Shown piece by piece: positions 1 to 10,986 of a stretch of DNA of 64,000 nt; within the stretch, counting starts at the first letter, position 1; every line of letters begins with the position of its first letter. The stretch is from assembly GCA_963815515.1 (NCBI GenBank), contig CAWFGP010000003.1:1026429-1090428 (forward strand). Reading direction: 5' to 3'. The notes beneath the pieces were generated by a model. It did not search any database and was not told where the DNA came from. It saw only the letters and a list, made by a program, of their open reading frames with translations. The DNA is from an uncultured Gemmatimonadales bacterium. GTDB taxonomy: Bacteria > Gemmatimonadota > Gemmatimonadetes > Gemmatimonadales > GWC2-71-9. The position numbers were made by a program, and so were the translations under genes.

Positions 1-1716
1 ACCGTTTCGGTCCCACCAGGCACGGGCGGCTCGGCCGCGACCGCCGCGACGGCGCCTCCCGCGGGCGTCTCGGCGCGCGGCAGGAAGACCGTGAAGGTGC
101 TGCCTTCGCCGGGGCGCGAGGCCACCTGGATCTGTCCGCCGCTCTGCCGCACGATGCCGTATACCGTGGCAAGGCCCAGGCCCGTGCCGCGGCCCAGCTC
201 CTTGGTGGTGAAGAATGGCTCGAACAGATGCGCCAGCACGTGATCGTCCATGCCGATGCCCGTGTCGCCCACGCTCAGGGCGACCAGGGGACCACCGAGG
301 GACAGGCCGTCCGCCGATCGCGTCGTCGGTCCGGCGCCGCTCACGTTGGCGGTGGTGAGCGTGAGCGTGCCGCCGGTGGGCATGGCATCGCGTGCGTTGA
401 CGCCGAGGTTGGCGATCACCTGCTCGAGCTGCCCCGGATCGGCGACGACGTCGCCCAGCGACGGGTCGAGATGGAGCTGCAGGGCGATCCGCTCGCCGAC
501 CACGCGCCGGAGCATGCCGCCCATCTCGTGCACGATCGCGTTGAGGTTCACCAGCCGTGGCTGCAGCACCTGCTTCCGGCTGTAGGCCAGGAGCTGGCGC
601 ACCAGCCCGGCCGCGCGGTGGGCCGCACGGCTGATCTCCTGCAGGTCTTCCCGCCGGGAATCGAATGCGGGCGTTCCGGCCAGCAGCAGCTCGGTGCTGC
701 CCAGGATGGCCGTGAGCAGATTATTGAAGTCGTGCGCGATGCCGCCGGCGAGCTGGCCGACCGCCTCCATCTTCTGCGCCTGCCGGAGCTGGTCTTCCAG
801 GCTCTTCCGGTCGGTGATGTCCCGGAGGTACGCCAACAGCGAGACCGGACGTCCATCGGCGTCGGGGACGACCGAGAGGTTGAGGTATATCCAGAGCACC
901 CGGCCGTCGGCGCGCGGCCAGCGAGTCTCCAGGTCCACGCTCCGGGTCTCGCCCGCCAGGAGCCGATCCCGCCCGGCGCGCTCGGCGGCCACGTCGTCGG
1001 GGTGCAGGAGCGCTCCCATCGGCGTGCCCAGCAGGCGGGTGTCGTCGATCCCGAGCAGCTGGCACAGGGTGGGCGGGACCTTGAGCCAGCGGCCGTCCAG
1101 GCTCAGGTGCGCCGTCATGACCAGCGCGAATGCCTCGGTCCGTGCGAGCTGCTCTCGGCTCTCCAGCAGCTCGTGCTCGATCCGGAGCCGCTCGATCGCG
1201 CCGCCGCAGTGATCGGCGAGCTCCTGGAGGGTCGCGAGCGAGTCGTCGTCGTAGGCGTCCGTGGTATAGCTCTGGATGGAGATGATGCCGGTCGGACGGT
1301 CGCCGTAGCGGATCGGCACGAACATCAGCGAGCGGGAGCGACGGCCGGTGTCACCGAAGGTGACGAGGCCGTCGGTGGGCTCGGCGGTGGGCCGGAGGAT
1401 CAGGGTCGCGCCCTCGCGCAGGATGCGCGAGAACATCGGCCCGGGCGTGGTCTGGGTGTAGGCGGGCGGCACGTCGACGGGGGGGCCGCCGTCGAGCGAG
1501 TCCAGGGTGAGAACGTCCTGGACCTGGTCGGTCTCGGGATCGTACAGATCGAGCGTGCACGCGTCCCACCCGATCAGCTCCTGCGCCACGCCGACGATGA
1601 TGCGCGCGGCCTCTTCCGGGGTCCGGGCCGCGCTCAGCCGCCGGCTCACCTCGAAGAATGCCGCCCGCTGGCGCTCGGCGCGGCGGTGCTCGGCCGATTC
1701 CCAGCTGCTAGCCATG
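1..1716 (-). CDS. Sensor histidine kinase (GAF-PAS-HisKA-HATPase_c); 3' end lies outside the window
   Basis: Absent from the ORF track because it has no stop in the window. My minus-strand translation from ATG 1716..1714 gives MASSWESAEHRRAERQRAAFFEVS.... It continues through a PAS-like segment, the H-box 'AVGQLAGGIAHDFNNLLTAILG' (about 700-770) and the G-boxes 'GDTGIGMD..FEPFFTTKELGRGTGLGL' (about 150-260). Track ORF 228..1829 + is its antisense shadow. Confidence 0.8.
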
Positions 1717-3054
1717 GCCCTTTGCGTCGCCCGGCTTCACCTCGGCGGGCGGCGCGGTGTGCAGCCGCAGGCTCCGCACCCGGCGGCCGTCCATCTCCAC
1801 CACCTCGAAGGTGTGGGGGCCGACCGTGACGCGGTCACCCGGCCGGGGCAGCCGCCCGAGCTGGCCGAAGACGTACCCGCCGATGGTGGTGTAATCGGTG
1901 TCGTCGAGGCTGGCGTCGTGCTGGGAGTTGAATTCGGTGATCGGCAGCGCCCCGTCGAGCCGCGCGGCGCCGTCGGCGGTGCCGGGCCGGTCCTGCGGAT
2001 CGTACTCGTCGAAGATGGGGCCGACGATCTCCTCCAGCAGGTCTTCCATGGTGACCAGTCCGGCGGTACCCCCATACTCGTCGAGCACCACGGCCAGATG
2101 GGTCTTGAGCCGCTTCATGTCCGCCAGCACGTCCTCGACCTCGCGGGTGCCGGGGACGAAGAGCGGCGGGCGCATGATCCCCCGCACGGTCTCATGCGGT
2201 CGCGCCCGGATCGCCGTGAGGATGTCCTTGGCGTGGACCACCCCCACGATCTCGTCGAGCGATTCGGTGTACACCGGGTACCGCGAGCGGCGCGCCACCG
2301 CTACCTCGTCGGCCGCTTCCTCGACGGACAGACTGGAATCGAGGGCGACCATCTGGGTCCGGGGCGTCATCACTTCCTGGGCGGTCTTCTCGCTGAACTC
2401 GAAGACCCCTTCGAGCAGCCGCGCATCCTCCTTGAGCAGGCTGCCGCCCTCGGTGCTCTGCTCCACCAGCATCCGGATCTCCTCGGGCGAGTGCAGCCGC
2501 TCGTGCTCGCCCGGCGGGGAGATCCGCATGAGCCGGAGCAGCCAGTTGGCCGTCCCGTTGAGGAACGCGATCGGCCAGGCCATGATCCACGCGAACCCCA
2601 TGAGCGGCGCCGCCACCCAGGTGCTCAGGGTCTCGGGATAGAGCAGGGCGAGCGCCTTCGGCACCAGCTCGCCCAGAATGATGTGCAGGATGGTGATGAT
2701 GATGAAGGCGATGATCGAGGCGAGACCATGCGTGGCAACGGTGGCCAGCGTGGCCGGCAGCCAGCCAAAGCCGCCGACGATCAGCCCGGCGAGTGCGGGC
2801 TCGCCGATCCAGCCGAGGCCCAGCGACGCGAGGGTGATGCCCAGCTGGGTGGCGGAGATGTAGCGGTCGAGCGATTGTACCGCGCGGCGGGCCAGCCTAG
2901 CTTTGCCATCCCCCGCCCGGGCCATCTCGTCCAGCCGCGTGCGCCGAGCGCCGACCAGGGCGAACTCGGCCGCCACGAAGAAGGCGTTCGCGAGCACCAG
3001 GACGACGACCGAGACCAGTCCGAGACCTATCGCAGGGGAAGCAGCCGATTCCAT
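1708..3054 (-). CDS. CNNM/TlyC-family hemolysin-like protein (DUF21 membrane domain, CBS pair, CorC_HlyC)
   Basis: Track ORF 1708..3330, trimmed to ATG at 3054 (MESAASPAIGLGLVSVVVLVLANAFFVAAEFALV...). Shows the DUF21 motif, a CBS pair (TAQEVMTPRT.., VVLDEYGGTAGLVTMEDLLEEIVG) and a C-terminal CorC_HlyC-like 'TFEVVEMDGRRV'. The stop overlaps the start of the downstream kinase by 9 nt. Confidence 0.9.
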   Translation of the reverse strand: MESAASPAIGLGLVSVVVLVLANAFFVAAEFALVGARRTRLDEMARAGDGKARLARRAVQSLDRYISATQLGITLASLGLGWIGEPALAGLIVGGFGWLPATLATVATHGLASIIAFIIITILHIILGELVPKALALLYPETLSTWVAAPLMGFAWIMAWPIAFLNGTANWLLRLMRISPPGEHERLHSPEEIRMLVEQSTEGGSLLKEDARLLEGVFEFSEKTAQEVMTPRTQMVALDSSLSVEEAADEVAVARRSRYPVYTESLDEIVGVVHAKDILTAIRARPHETVRGIMRPPLFVPGTREVEDVLADMKRLKTHLAVVLDEYGGTAGLVTMEDLLEEIVGPIFDEYDPQDRPGTADGAARLDGALPITEFNSQHDASLDDTDYTTIGGYVFGQLGRLPRPGDRVTVGPHTFEVVEMDGRRVRSLRLHTAPPAEVKPGDAKGHG

Positions 3055-3100
3055 ACGCTTTAAGTGTAGTACTCCAAAGATGTTACCGCGAGGTCCCCCA

Positions 3101-4420
3101 ATGATGCGCGTGCTGGCCGTTCCGCCTTTCGAGGCGCTCGACCCGCTGCTCCCCCGCCGCGCCGGCAGCGATCCGGAGACCCGGGACGCGGTGCGCCGCA
3201 TCCTGGAGGACGTGCTCGAGCGCGGCGACGAGGCGGTACGCGAATATACCCGCCGGTTCGACGGCGTGGACCTCGGCCCCCGGGAGTGGGAGCTCGACGC
3301 GAGCACCTGGCAGAGCGCGCTGAGCCGCATCGCCCCCGGGCTTCGGGCGGCGCTGGCTCTGGCCGTAGATCGCGTTCGCGGGTATCACGAACACCAGCGG
3401 GAGCCCGGGTTCACGCTCGCCGAGGCGGACGGCAGCATGGTGGGCATGAAAGTGACGCCGCTCGACCGGGTCGGGCTATACGTCCCCGGCGGCAAGGCGA
3501 GCTATCCCTCGTCCGTCGTCATGAACGCGGTGCCGGCGCTGGTGGCGGGCGTGCAGGAGATCGTGGCCGTGGTGCCGCCGCAGGGAGTGACCGACATGGT
3601 GCTCGCGGCCTGCGCGCTCTCCGGTGTGACGCGGATCTTCCGGATCGGCGGGGCGCAGGCGGTGGCGGCGCTGGCGTACGGGACGGCCACGGTGCCGCGG
3701 GTGGACAAGATCGTGGGCCCAGGGAACCGCTGGGTGGCGGAGGCCAAGCGGCAGGTGGTGGGGCAGGTGGGCATCGACATGATCGCCGGTCCGACCGAGG
3801 TGCTCATCCTCACGGACGCGACGGCGCGCCCGGCACGGGTCGCGGCGGACCTGATTGCCCAGGCCGAGCACGACGAGGACGCGGTGTGCTGGTGCGTCAC
3901 GACCGATCCCGCGCTGGCCGAGGCGCTGCCGGCCGCGCTCGAGGCGGCGCTGGCCGCGGCGCCCCGGGCGGCCATCGCGCGGACCGCCCTCGAGCGCAAC
4001 GGGCTGATCGTCCTGGTGCCGTCGATGCGCGAAGCGATCGAGGTGGCCAACCGGCGGGCTCCGGAACATCTCGAGATCGTTGCCGAAGGCGCCGAGCGCG
4101 TGGCGGGCGGCATCCGGCATGCGGGCGCGATCTTCCTCGGCGACGACACGCCCGAGCCCGTGGGCGACTACATCGCCGGCCCGAGCCACGTCCTCCCCAC
4201 CAGCGGCACGGCGCGGTACGCCTCGCCGCTCGGCGTGTACGACTTCGTGAAGCGCACCAGCGTGATCCGGTACACCCGGGCCCGGCTGGCCGAAGACGCG
4301 GAGGCGATCATCGCGCTGGCGGAGGCGGAGGGTCTCTACGGGCATGCGGAGGCGGTGCGGATCAGGCAGTCGCAGGGAGGGCGACGGGATTCGGGGGCGG
4401 GGCGGATCGTGTCGGACTGA
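3101..4420 (+). CDS. hisD: Histidinol dehydrogenase
   Basis: Track ORF 2903..4420, trimmed to ATG ATG at 3101 (MMRVLAVPPFEALD...). Typical HisD blocks are 'YVPGGKASYPSSVVMNAVPA', 'IGGAQAVAALAYGT', 'DKIVGPGNRWV' and 'AQAEHDEDA'. Confidence 0.92.
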   Translation: MMRVLAVPPFEALDPLLPRRAGSDPETRDAVRRILEDVLERGDEAVREYTRRFDGVDLGPREWELDASTWQSALSRIAPGLRAALALAVDRVRGYHEHQREPGFTLAEADGSMVGMKVTPLDRVGLYVPGGKASYPSSVVMNAVPALVAGVQEIVAVVPPQGVTDMVLAACALSGVTRIFRIGGAQAVAALAYGTATVPRVDKIVGPGNRWVAEAKRQVVGQVGIDMIAGPTEVLILTDATARPARVAADLIAQAEHDEDAVCWCVTTDPALAEALPAALEAALAAAPRAAIARTALERNGLIVLVPSMREAIEVANRRAPEHLEIVAEGAERVAGGIRHAGAIFLGDDTPEPVGDYIAGPSHVLPTSGTARYASPLGVYDFVKRTSVIRYTRARLAEDAEAIIALAEAEGLYGHAEAVRIRQSQGGRRDSGAGRIVSD

Positions 4421-4427
4421 GACCTGT

Positions 4428-4493
4428 GTCATCCTGAGCGAAGCGAAGGAGCCATGCCTCCGGTGATGGCTCCTTCGCTCCGCTCAGGATGAC
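4428..4493. repeat. Palindromic intergenic element, family 1 (GTCAYCCTGAGCGAAGCGAAGG...CCTTCGCTNCGCTCAGGRTGAC), copy A
   Basis: Near-perfect 27-bp arms around a roughly 12-nt loop, immediately after the hisD stop. The same element recurs at 5533, 27070 and 49493. Confidence 0.85.
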
Positions 4494-4535
4494 CACCGGA
4501 ACCCCCGCTCGCCACGTCGGAGCTAAATTTCCCCC

Positions 4536-5492
4536 ATGCCCGCGACCCCCCGCCGCGCCGACTGCGCCCACCTGACCCAGGGCCCGGCGACCCCCATGCC
4601 GCGCCTGTGGCTCGTGCTGGGACTCACGGGCACCTTCATGGTGCTGGAGGTCATCGGCGGCTGGCTGAGCGGCTCGCTGGCGCTGCTGGCCGACGCCGGC
4701 CACATGCTGACCGACGTCGGCGCGCTGGCCCTGAGCCTGCTCACGGCCTGGATCGCCCAGCGGCCGGCCGACGATACCAAGACCTACGGCTATCTCCGCT
4801 GGGAGATCCTGGCCGCGCTGGTGAACGGGGCCGCCCTCTTCGGCATCGCGGGCTGGGTGGTGGTCGAGGCCATCCAGCGGATTCAGCACCCCGAGCCGAT
4901 CCGGACCGGGCTCTTCCTGGCAGTCGCCGCCGCGGGGCTGGTGGTGAACCTCATCAGCCTGGGCCTGCTGCACGGCTCGCGTGAGGGCAGCCTCAACGCC
5001 CGCGGCGCCTACCTCCACGTCCTCGGCGATGCCCTTGGCTCCGCCGGGGCGCTCGGCGCCGCGGCGATCATCTGGCTCACCGGCTGGCTTCCCGCCGATC
5101 CGATCGCGTCGATCGGCCTCTCATTGTTGATCCTGGCCGGCGCCTGGCGCCTCATCCGCGAAAGCACCGACATCCTGCTCGACGCCGTCCCCCGCCACGT
5201 CGTCCTTGCCGAGGTTCACCGGCGTATCCTGGAAGTCCCGGGGGTGGCGGCGGTCCACGACCTCCACGTCTGGACGGTAGTGAACGGGGTCGTAGCGATG
5301 AGCGGTCACGCGGTCGTCCCCGAGCTGGAGAGCCATCCGGTGGTGCTCGACGGGATCCGGACGGAGATGGCCGGCCTCGGCATCGACCACGTGACGATGC
5401 AGCTCGAGGTGGCGGACGAGTGTGAGGAGGTCCGGGTGGGGGTGGGGTCGGCCGCTCACGCAGGCCACGGGCATCACGGGCACGGGCATTAG
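4536..5492 (+). CDS. czcD: Cation diffusion facilitator (CzcD/ZitB-type) metal efflux transporter
   Basis: Shows 'LALLADAGHMLTDVGALALSL', 'YGYLRWEILAALVNG', 'AYLHVLGDALGSAG' and a His-rich tail 'AAHAGHGHHGHGH'. The start could alternatively be the ATG at 4596. Confidence 0.88.
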   Translation: MPATPRRADCAHLTQGPATPMPRLWLVLGLTGTFMVLEVIGGWLSGSLALLADAGHMLTDVGALALSLLTAWIAQRPADDTKTYGYLRWEILAALVNGAALFGIAGWVVVEAIQRIQHPEPIRTGLFLAVAAAGLVVNLISLGLLHGSREGSLNARGAYLHVLGDALGSAGALGAAAIIWLTGWLPADPIASIGLSLLILAGAWRLIRESTDILLDAVPRHVVLAEVHRRILEVPGVAAVHDLHVWTVVNGVVAMSGHAVVPELESHPVVLDGIRTEMAGLGIDHVTMQLEVADECEEVRVGVGSAAHAGHGHHGHGH

Positions 5493-5532
5493 CCACCGAG
5501 ATCGGGGTTGGGCCTCGAGCCCTTTGCCGAGA

Positions 5533-5598
5533 GTCACCCTGAGCAGAGCGAAGGGGGCATGATCCGGGTCATGCCCCCTTCACTCCGTTCAGGGTGAC
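5533..5598. repeat. Palindromic intergenic element, family 1, copy B
   Basis: GTCACCCTGAGCAGAGCGAAGGGGGCATGATCCGGGTCATGCCCCCTTCACTCCGTTCAGGGTGAC, located between the CDF gene and typA. Confidence 0.85.
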
Positions 5599-5656
5599 TC
5601 CCGGTGGGGCTGGTCCCGCGCGCCCGACCCCCAGCCACCCGCCCGGACAAAGGTTC

Positions 5657-5685
5657 TTGCGGCCCCGCCCGGCCTAGTCTATATA
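5657..5685 (+). promoter_or_regulatory. Sigma70-like promoter candidate for typA (TTGCGG-N17-TATATA)
   Basis: -35 TTGCGG at 5657..5662, a 17-nt spacer, and -10 TATATA at 5680..5685. This is a conspicuous AT hexamer in a GC-rich intergenic region, about 60 nt upstream of the TTG start at 5744. Confidence 0.45.
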
Positions 5686-5743
5686 TGCGCCGCGGAGGCC
5701 CGGGCGTTCGGGCCTCATCCGTTCCGACCGAAGGAAGTGCCGT

Positions 5744-7588
<1,845 letters not shown>

Positions 7589-7630
7589 GACGCCGGACTT
7601 ACACTCTTTCTGAGATGGGCGGAGGGCATC

Positions 7631-7846
7631 ATGTTGGCCTGGGAGACGTCGGTGGAGAGCCTGGAGCTGCGTCGCAAGTTCGACGAGGATGAAGACGAGT
7701 TCGAGGACGACGGCTTCACCTTCGACGACGACGAGGACGACGACGAAGACCTCGACAACGAGGACGACGTCGACGACGAGGACGACTTCGACGACGAGGA
7801 GCTCGAGGAGCTCGAGGATCTCGACGAAGAAGAGGAGATGCGGTGA
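7631..7846 (+). CDS. Hyper-acidic small protein (71 aa, mostly Asp/Glu)
   Basis: GGAGGG lies 4 nt upstream of the ATG. Sequence is MLAWETSVESLELRRKFDEDEDEFEDDGFTFDDDEDDDEDLDNEDDVDDEDDFDDEELEELEDLDEEEEMR. No family recognised. Confidence 0.5.
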   Translation: MLAWETSVESLELRRKFDEDEDEFEDDGFTFDDDEDDDEDLDNEDDVDDEDDFDDEELEELEDLDEEEEMR

Positions 7847-7936
7847 GTCTTGCCGCTCCGAACGCAGTCCGGCGTAGCCCCGGTTCGTCGGGCTTGCGCC
7901 GGTGCGGGCGGCTGGCTATGCTCCCGTCCCTGTTAA

Positions 7937-8010
<74 letters not shown>

Positions 8011-8049
8011 TTCGTCCGACTCATCGACAACTGGTTGCAGCGCTCGCGC

Positions 8050-8079
8050 GACCTCTCCGGCCTCGGCGCCGGAGAGGTC
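8050..8079 (+). terminator. GC-rich hairpin downstream of tRNA-Ile
   Basis: GACCTCTCCGG-cctcggcg-CCGGAGAGGTC has an 11-bp perfect stem, but no clear T tract. Confidence 0.35.
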
Positions 8080-8286
8080 GCCGGCTTTCCGGGCCGGGTG
8101 GGGGGAGTGGCTGCCTGCATGGTTGGCCTCCTTGAAGCGGTTGTGCTCCGCCAGACCAACGCGATCGGCGGGCGGAACCGGACATCGGTGCCCGGTCCAG
8201 GTTCCGGCCTTGAATGGGGACTGTATCTTCGAAGGCATGACCTCCATGGTCGAGTTGATCCGCACGGTGCCGAGGGCCGACGCGCC

Positions 8287-9393
8287 ATGACAGACCCAGA
8301 TCCGGTCACCTCGCGGCCCCTCGAGGACAAGGTCTTCGTCTTCCTGGTCATCGCGGTGACGCTGGCGTTCGCCTGGATCCTCCGGCCGTTCCTCGGCGCG
8401 GTGCTCTGGGGAGTCATTCTCGCGATCGTGTTCCAACCGCTCTACCGGCGGCTGCTCAGTTCCGGGCGCCGGCGGCGCACCCTTGCCGCGCTCGGCACAG
8501 TGCTCATCATCCTGGTGCTCGTGATCCTGCCGGTGACGCTGCTCACCGTGTTGCTGGTGCAGGAGGGCGTCGGCACCTATCAGCGGATCCAGTCGGGAGA
8601 GCTGAACGTCGGCCAGTACTTTCAGCAGGTCTTCGACGCCCTGCCCGCCTGGGTGACCAATCTGCTGGACCGCGTCGGGCTGACCAGCCTCCGCCGAGTG
8701 CAAGAGCGATTGACCTCCGGCCTGACGCAGAGCCTGCAGTTCCTGGGGACGCAGGCGCTGAACATCGGACAGAACGCGCTCGAGTTCGTCCTCAGCCTGT
8801 TCGTCATGCTCTACCTGCTGTTCTTCCTGCTGCGCGATGGGGACGCCCTGTATCGGCGCATTCGGGATGCGGTCCCGCTGCGCCCGGAGCAACGGCGCAA
8901 TCTCGCCGAGCGGTTCGCGACCGTCATCCGCGCCACAGTCAAGGGCAACATCGTGGTGGCCCTGGTTCAGGGGGCGCTGGGCGGTCTGATCCTCTGGCTG
9001 CTGGGCATCGGCACGCCGGTTCTGTGGGGGGCGGTGATGGCCCTACTTTCACTGCTCCCTGCGGTGGGAGCCGCCATCGTGTGGCTGCCGGTCGGCGTGT
9101 ACCTCCTGATGACGGGCGCGGTGTGGAAGGGGATTGTGCTGATCGCCTTCGGCATGCTCGTGATCGGCCTGATTGACAACATTCTGCGCCCAATCCTGGT
9201 GGGGAAGGACACCCAGATGCCCGACTACCTCGTCCTGCTCTCCACCCTGGGCGGCATCGCCGTCTTCGGCCTCAACGGGTTCGTCCTGGGGCCGGTGATC
9301 GCGGCGCTGTTCATCACCATCTGGGATATCGCGTCGGCGTCGAGGGCGGGACGGCGGCTCGGCGGGTCCGAGCTCGAGCCGGGGGCGGAGTAG
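8287..9393 (+). CDS. AI-2E family transporter (PerM/UPF0118)
   Basis: Track ORF 7978..9393, trimmed to ATG 8287 (MTDPDPVTSRPLEDKVFVFLVIAV...). Multi-pass membrane protein with 'LSLLPAVGAAIVWLPVGVYL' and 'ILRPILVGKDTQMPDYLVLLSTLGG'. Confidence 0.88.
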   Translation: MTDPDPVTSRPLEDKVFVFLVIAVTLAFAWILRPFLGAVLWGVILAIVFQPLYRRLLSSGRRRRTLAALGTVLIILVLVILPVTLLTVLLVQEGVGTYQRIQSGELNVGQYFQQVFDALPAWVTNLLDRVGLTSLRRVQERLTSGLTQSLQFLGTQALNIGQNALEFVLSLFVMLYLLFFLLRDGDALYRRIRDAVPLRPEQRRNLAERFATVIRATVKGNIVVALVQGALGGLILWLLGIGTPVLWGAVMALLSLLPAVGAAIVWLPVGVYLLMTGAVWKGIVLIAFGMLVIGLIDNILRPILVGKDTQMPDYLVLLSTLGGIAVFGLNGFVLGPVIAALFITIWDIASASRAGRRLGGSELEPGAE

Positions 9394-9585
9394 CGGGCAC
9401 AAGCCGAGGTGGCACCGACGGGTCGCAACGAGTTTCACCGGGATTTCAGCCTCCTTTCATGGCGGCTCACGTAGCCTGGAATGGGGTAGAGTGTCGAGAA
9501 GCTGTTGGGGCAGTAATACCGCCGCCCGGCGCAGCCTCGGCAGTGCCGCCGTGCAAGGCGACCACGCTCACCCGGGAGAACGACG

Positions 9586-9936
9586 ATGCTTCGATTCCGC
9601 TGGTCCTGCGCCGCCGGCGCATTGATCCTCGCCTTTGCCGTCTCGCGTCCCGCGGCTGCGCAGGCCCCGGCGCCGAGCCCGGCCGCAGCGGCTCCCACGA
9701 TCTCGTTTGCCCCCACGCTCGCCGCTACCCACCTCGGCTTCCCGGCTGAGGACCAGGCGTCTCTCACGGTCAATGCCGCCGCCACCCGCATGGACCGTCG
9801 CGAAGGCCGGATCTTCGCGATCGTCGGCGGCGCCGCGGTGATCACCGGGATCCTGATCGGCGGGGACGCCGGCACCGTGATCGCCGTCGGCGGCGCCGGC
9901 CTCGGCCTGTACGGCCTCTACATCTGGCAGCGGTAG
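9586..9936 (+). CDS. Hypothetical exported/membrane-anchored protein
   Basis: N-terminal signal peptide (LILAFAVSRPAAAQA) and a Gly-rich C-terminal TM segment (IFAIVGGAAVITGILIGG...GLGLYGLYIWQR). Confidence 0.55.
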   Translation: MLRFRWSCAAGALILAFAVSRPAAAQAPAPSPAAAAPTISFAPTLAATHLGFPAEDQASLTVNAAATRMDRREGRIFAIVGGAAVITGILIGGDAGTVIAVGGAGLGLYGLYIWQR

Positions 9937-9967
9937 CGCGCTGGAACCACGAAAAGAGGAGAGCACA

Positions 9968-10048
9968 ATGAACTCGACCACTCTGCTCATCATCATCATC
10001 GTGGTGCTGCTACTCGGTGGCGGCGGATTCTTCTTCCGCCGGCGCTAG
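9968..10048 (+). CDS. 26-aa hydrophobic micro-protein (MNSTTLLIIIIVVLLLGGGGFFFRRR)
   Basis: Too short for the ORF track. A strong SD (AAGAGGAGA) lies 5 nt upstream of ATG 9968. It has a single TM helix with a basic tail. Confidence 0.45.
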   Translation: MNSTTLLIIIIVVLLLGGGGFFFRRR

Positions 10049-10106
10049 AGGGCACGGCGGGCGCCCATGTCCATCCGCCGTGGGCGTCCATACTGACATC
10101 GTCAGC

Positions 10107-10901
10107 ATGAACCCGCTCGAGCTGCTGGCGCGCACCGGCTTCCTGGTGAAGGGCTTGCTGTACATAGTCATCGGGGTGCTGGCGCTGCAGGTCGCCACGG
10201 GGCTCGGCGGACGAGTGACGGGCACCCGCGGCGCGCTCATGACCGTGCTCGGGCAGCCCTTCGGGCGCACGCTGTTGCTGATCGCCGCCATCAGCCTGTT
10301 TGGCTATGCGGTCTGGCGGGTCCTGCAGGGCCTCCTCGATTCGGACGGGCTGGGACACGAATGGCGCGCGATTGCATTGCGCGTGAGCTACGTCGGACGT
10401 GGCGCAGTGTACGCGGCGCTGGGGCTGCAGGTGGTTCGCATTTACCGTGGGCTGTCGCAGTCATCCGGCACCAGCGAGCGAGAAATAGCCGCCGAAGCGT
10501 TCCGGTGGCCATTCGGTGATTGGCTCGTCGTTCTGGCAGGACTGGCCTTGATCGGTTTCGCAGTCCAGCAGGTCTACGCTGCCATCACTTCCCGGCTGGA
10601 ACGCAACCTCGATCTCGCCAAGCTGAGGCGCGACGCGGGCGAATGGGCGGTGTCCCTCAGCCGGTTTGGCATGGCGGCCCGGGGCGTCGTCTTTGCGCTA
10701 CTCGGCTGGTTTGTCGTCGGGGCGGGCTTGTCCCGTGACCCGTCTGAGGTCGGCACCACCGCATCGTCGATGCGTCTGCTGGCGGGGCAGCCGGGCGGGT
10801 TGGGGCGCTGGCTGCTCGGCATCACCGCCGCCGGGTTCATCGCCTATGGGTTCTACCAGTTGGTTCACGCGCGCTATCTGCGGATCCGGCGCATGGGCTG
10901 A
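10107..10901 (+). CDS. DUF1206 domain membrane protein
   Basis: Track ORF 10017..10901, trimmed to ATG 10107 (MNPLELLARTGFLVKGLLYIVIGVLAL...). Carries three repeats of the DUF1206 two-helix unit ('RGAVYAALG', 'ARGVVFALLGWF'). Confidence 0.8.
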   Translation: MNPLELLARTGFLVKGLLYIVIGVLALQVATGLGGRVTGTRGALMTVLGQPFGRTLLLIAAISLFGYAVWRVLQGLLDSDGLGHEWRAIALRVSYVGRGAVYAALGLQVVRIYRGLSQSSGTSEREIAAEAFRWPFGDWLVVLAGLALIGFAVQQVYAAITSRLERNLDLAKLRRDAGEWAVSLSRFGMAARGVVFALLGWFVVGAGLSRDPSEVGTTASSMRLLAGQPGGLGRWLLGITAAGFIAYGFYQLVHARYLRIRRMG

Positions 10902-10986
10902 GGGTGGGTGGTGGGTCAACAGTTCGCCGAAATGATCAAGCCCGGCCGGCTGCCATCGAGCCAAGTGGCCCCATCGCGCGAGCGGG

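Noticed and set aside
228-1829. 533-aa plus-strand ORF at the left edge (and 1507..3063 +)
   Set aside because: These are antisense shadows of the histidine kinase (1..1716, minus) and the CNNM gene. They have junk composition, while the minus-strand translation gives H-box and G-box kinase motifs.
7689-7877. Alternative 62-aa Thr/Ser/Arg-rich ORF overlapping the acidic ORF
   Set aside because: It is the +1 frame of the same GA(C/G)-repeat DNA. It has no Shine-Dalgarno, and its TTG start codon lies within the other ORF. The acidic frame has an ATG with GGAGGG upstream.
8011-8286. Possible integrase remnant or island border next to tRNA-Ile
   Set aside because: I saw no direct repeat of the tRNA-Ile 3' end elsewhere in the window. 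Neither strand of this 276-bp gap gives a translation that I can assign to a recombinase. The composition is similar to the flanks.
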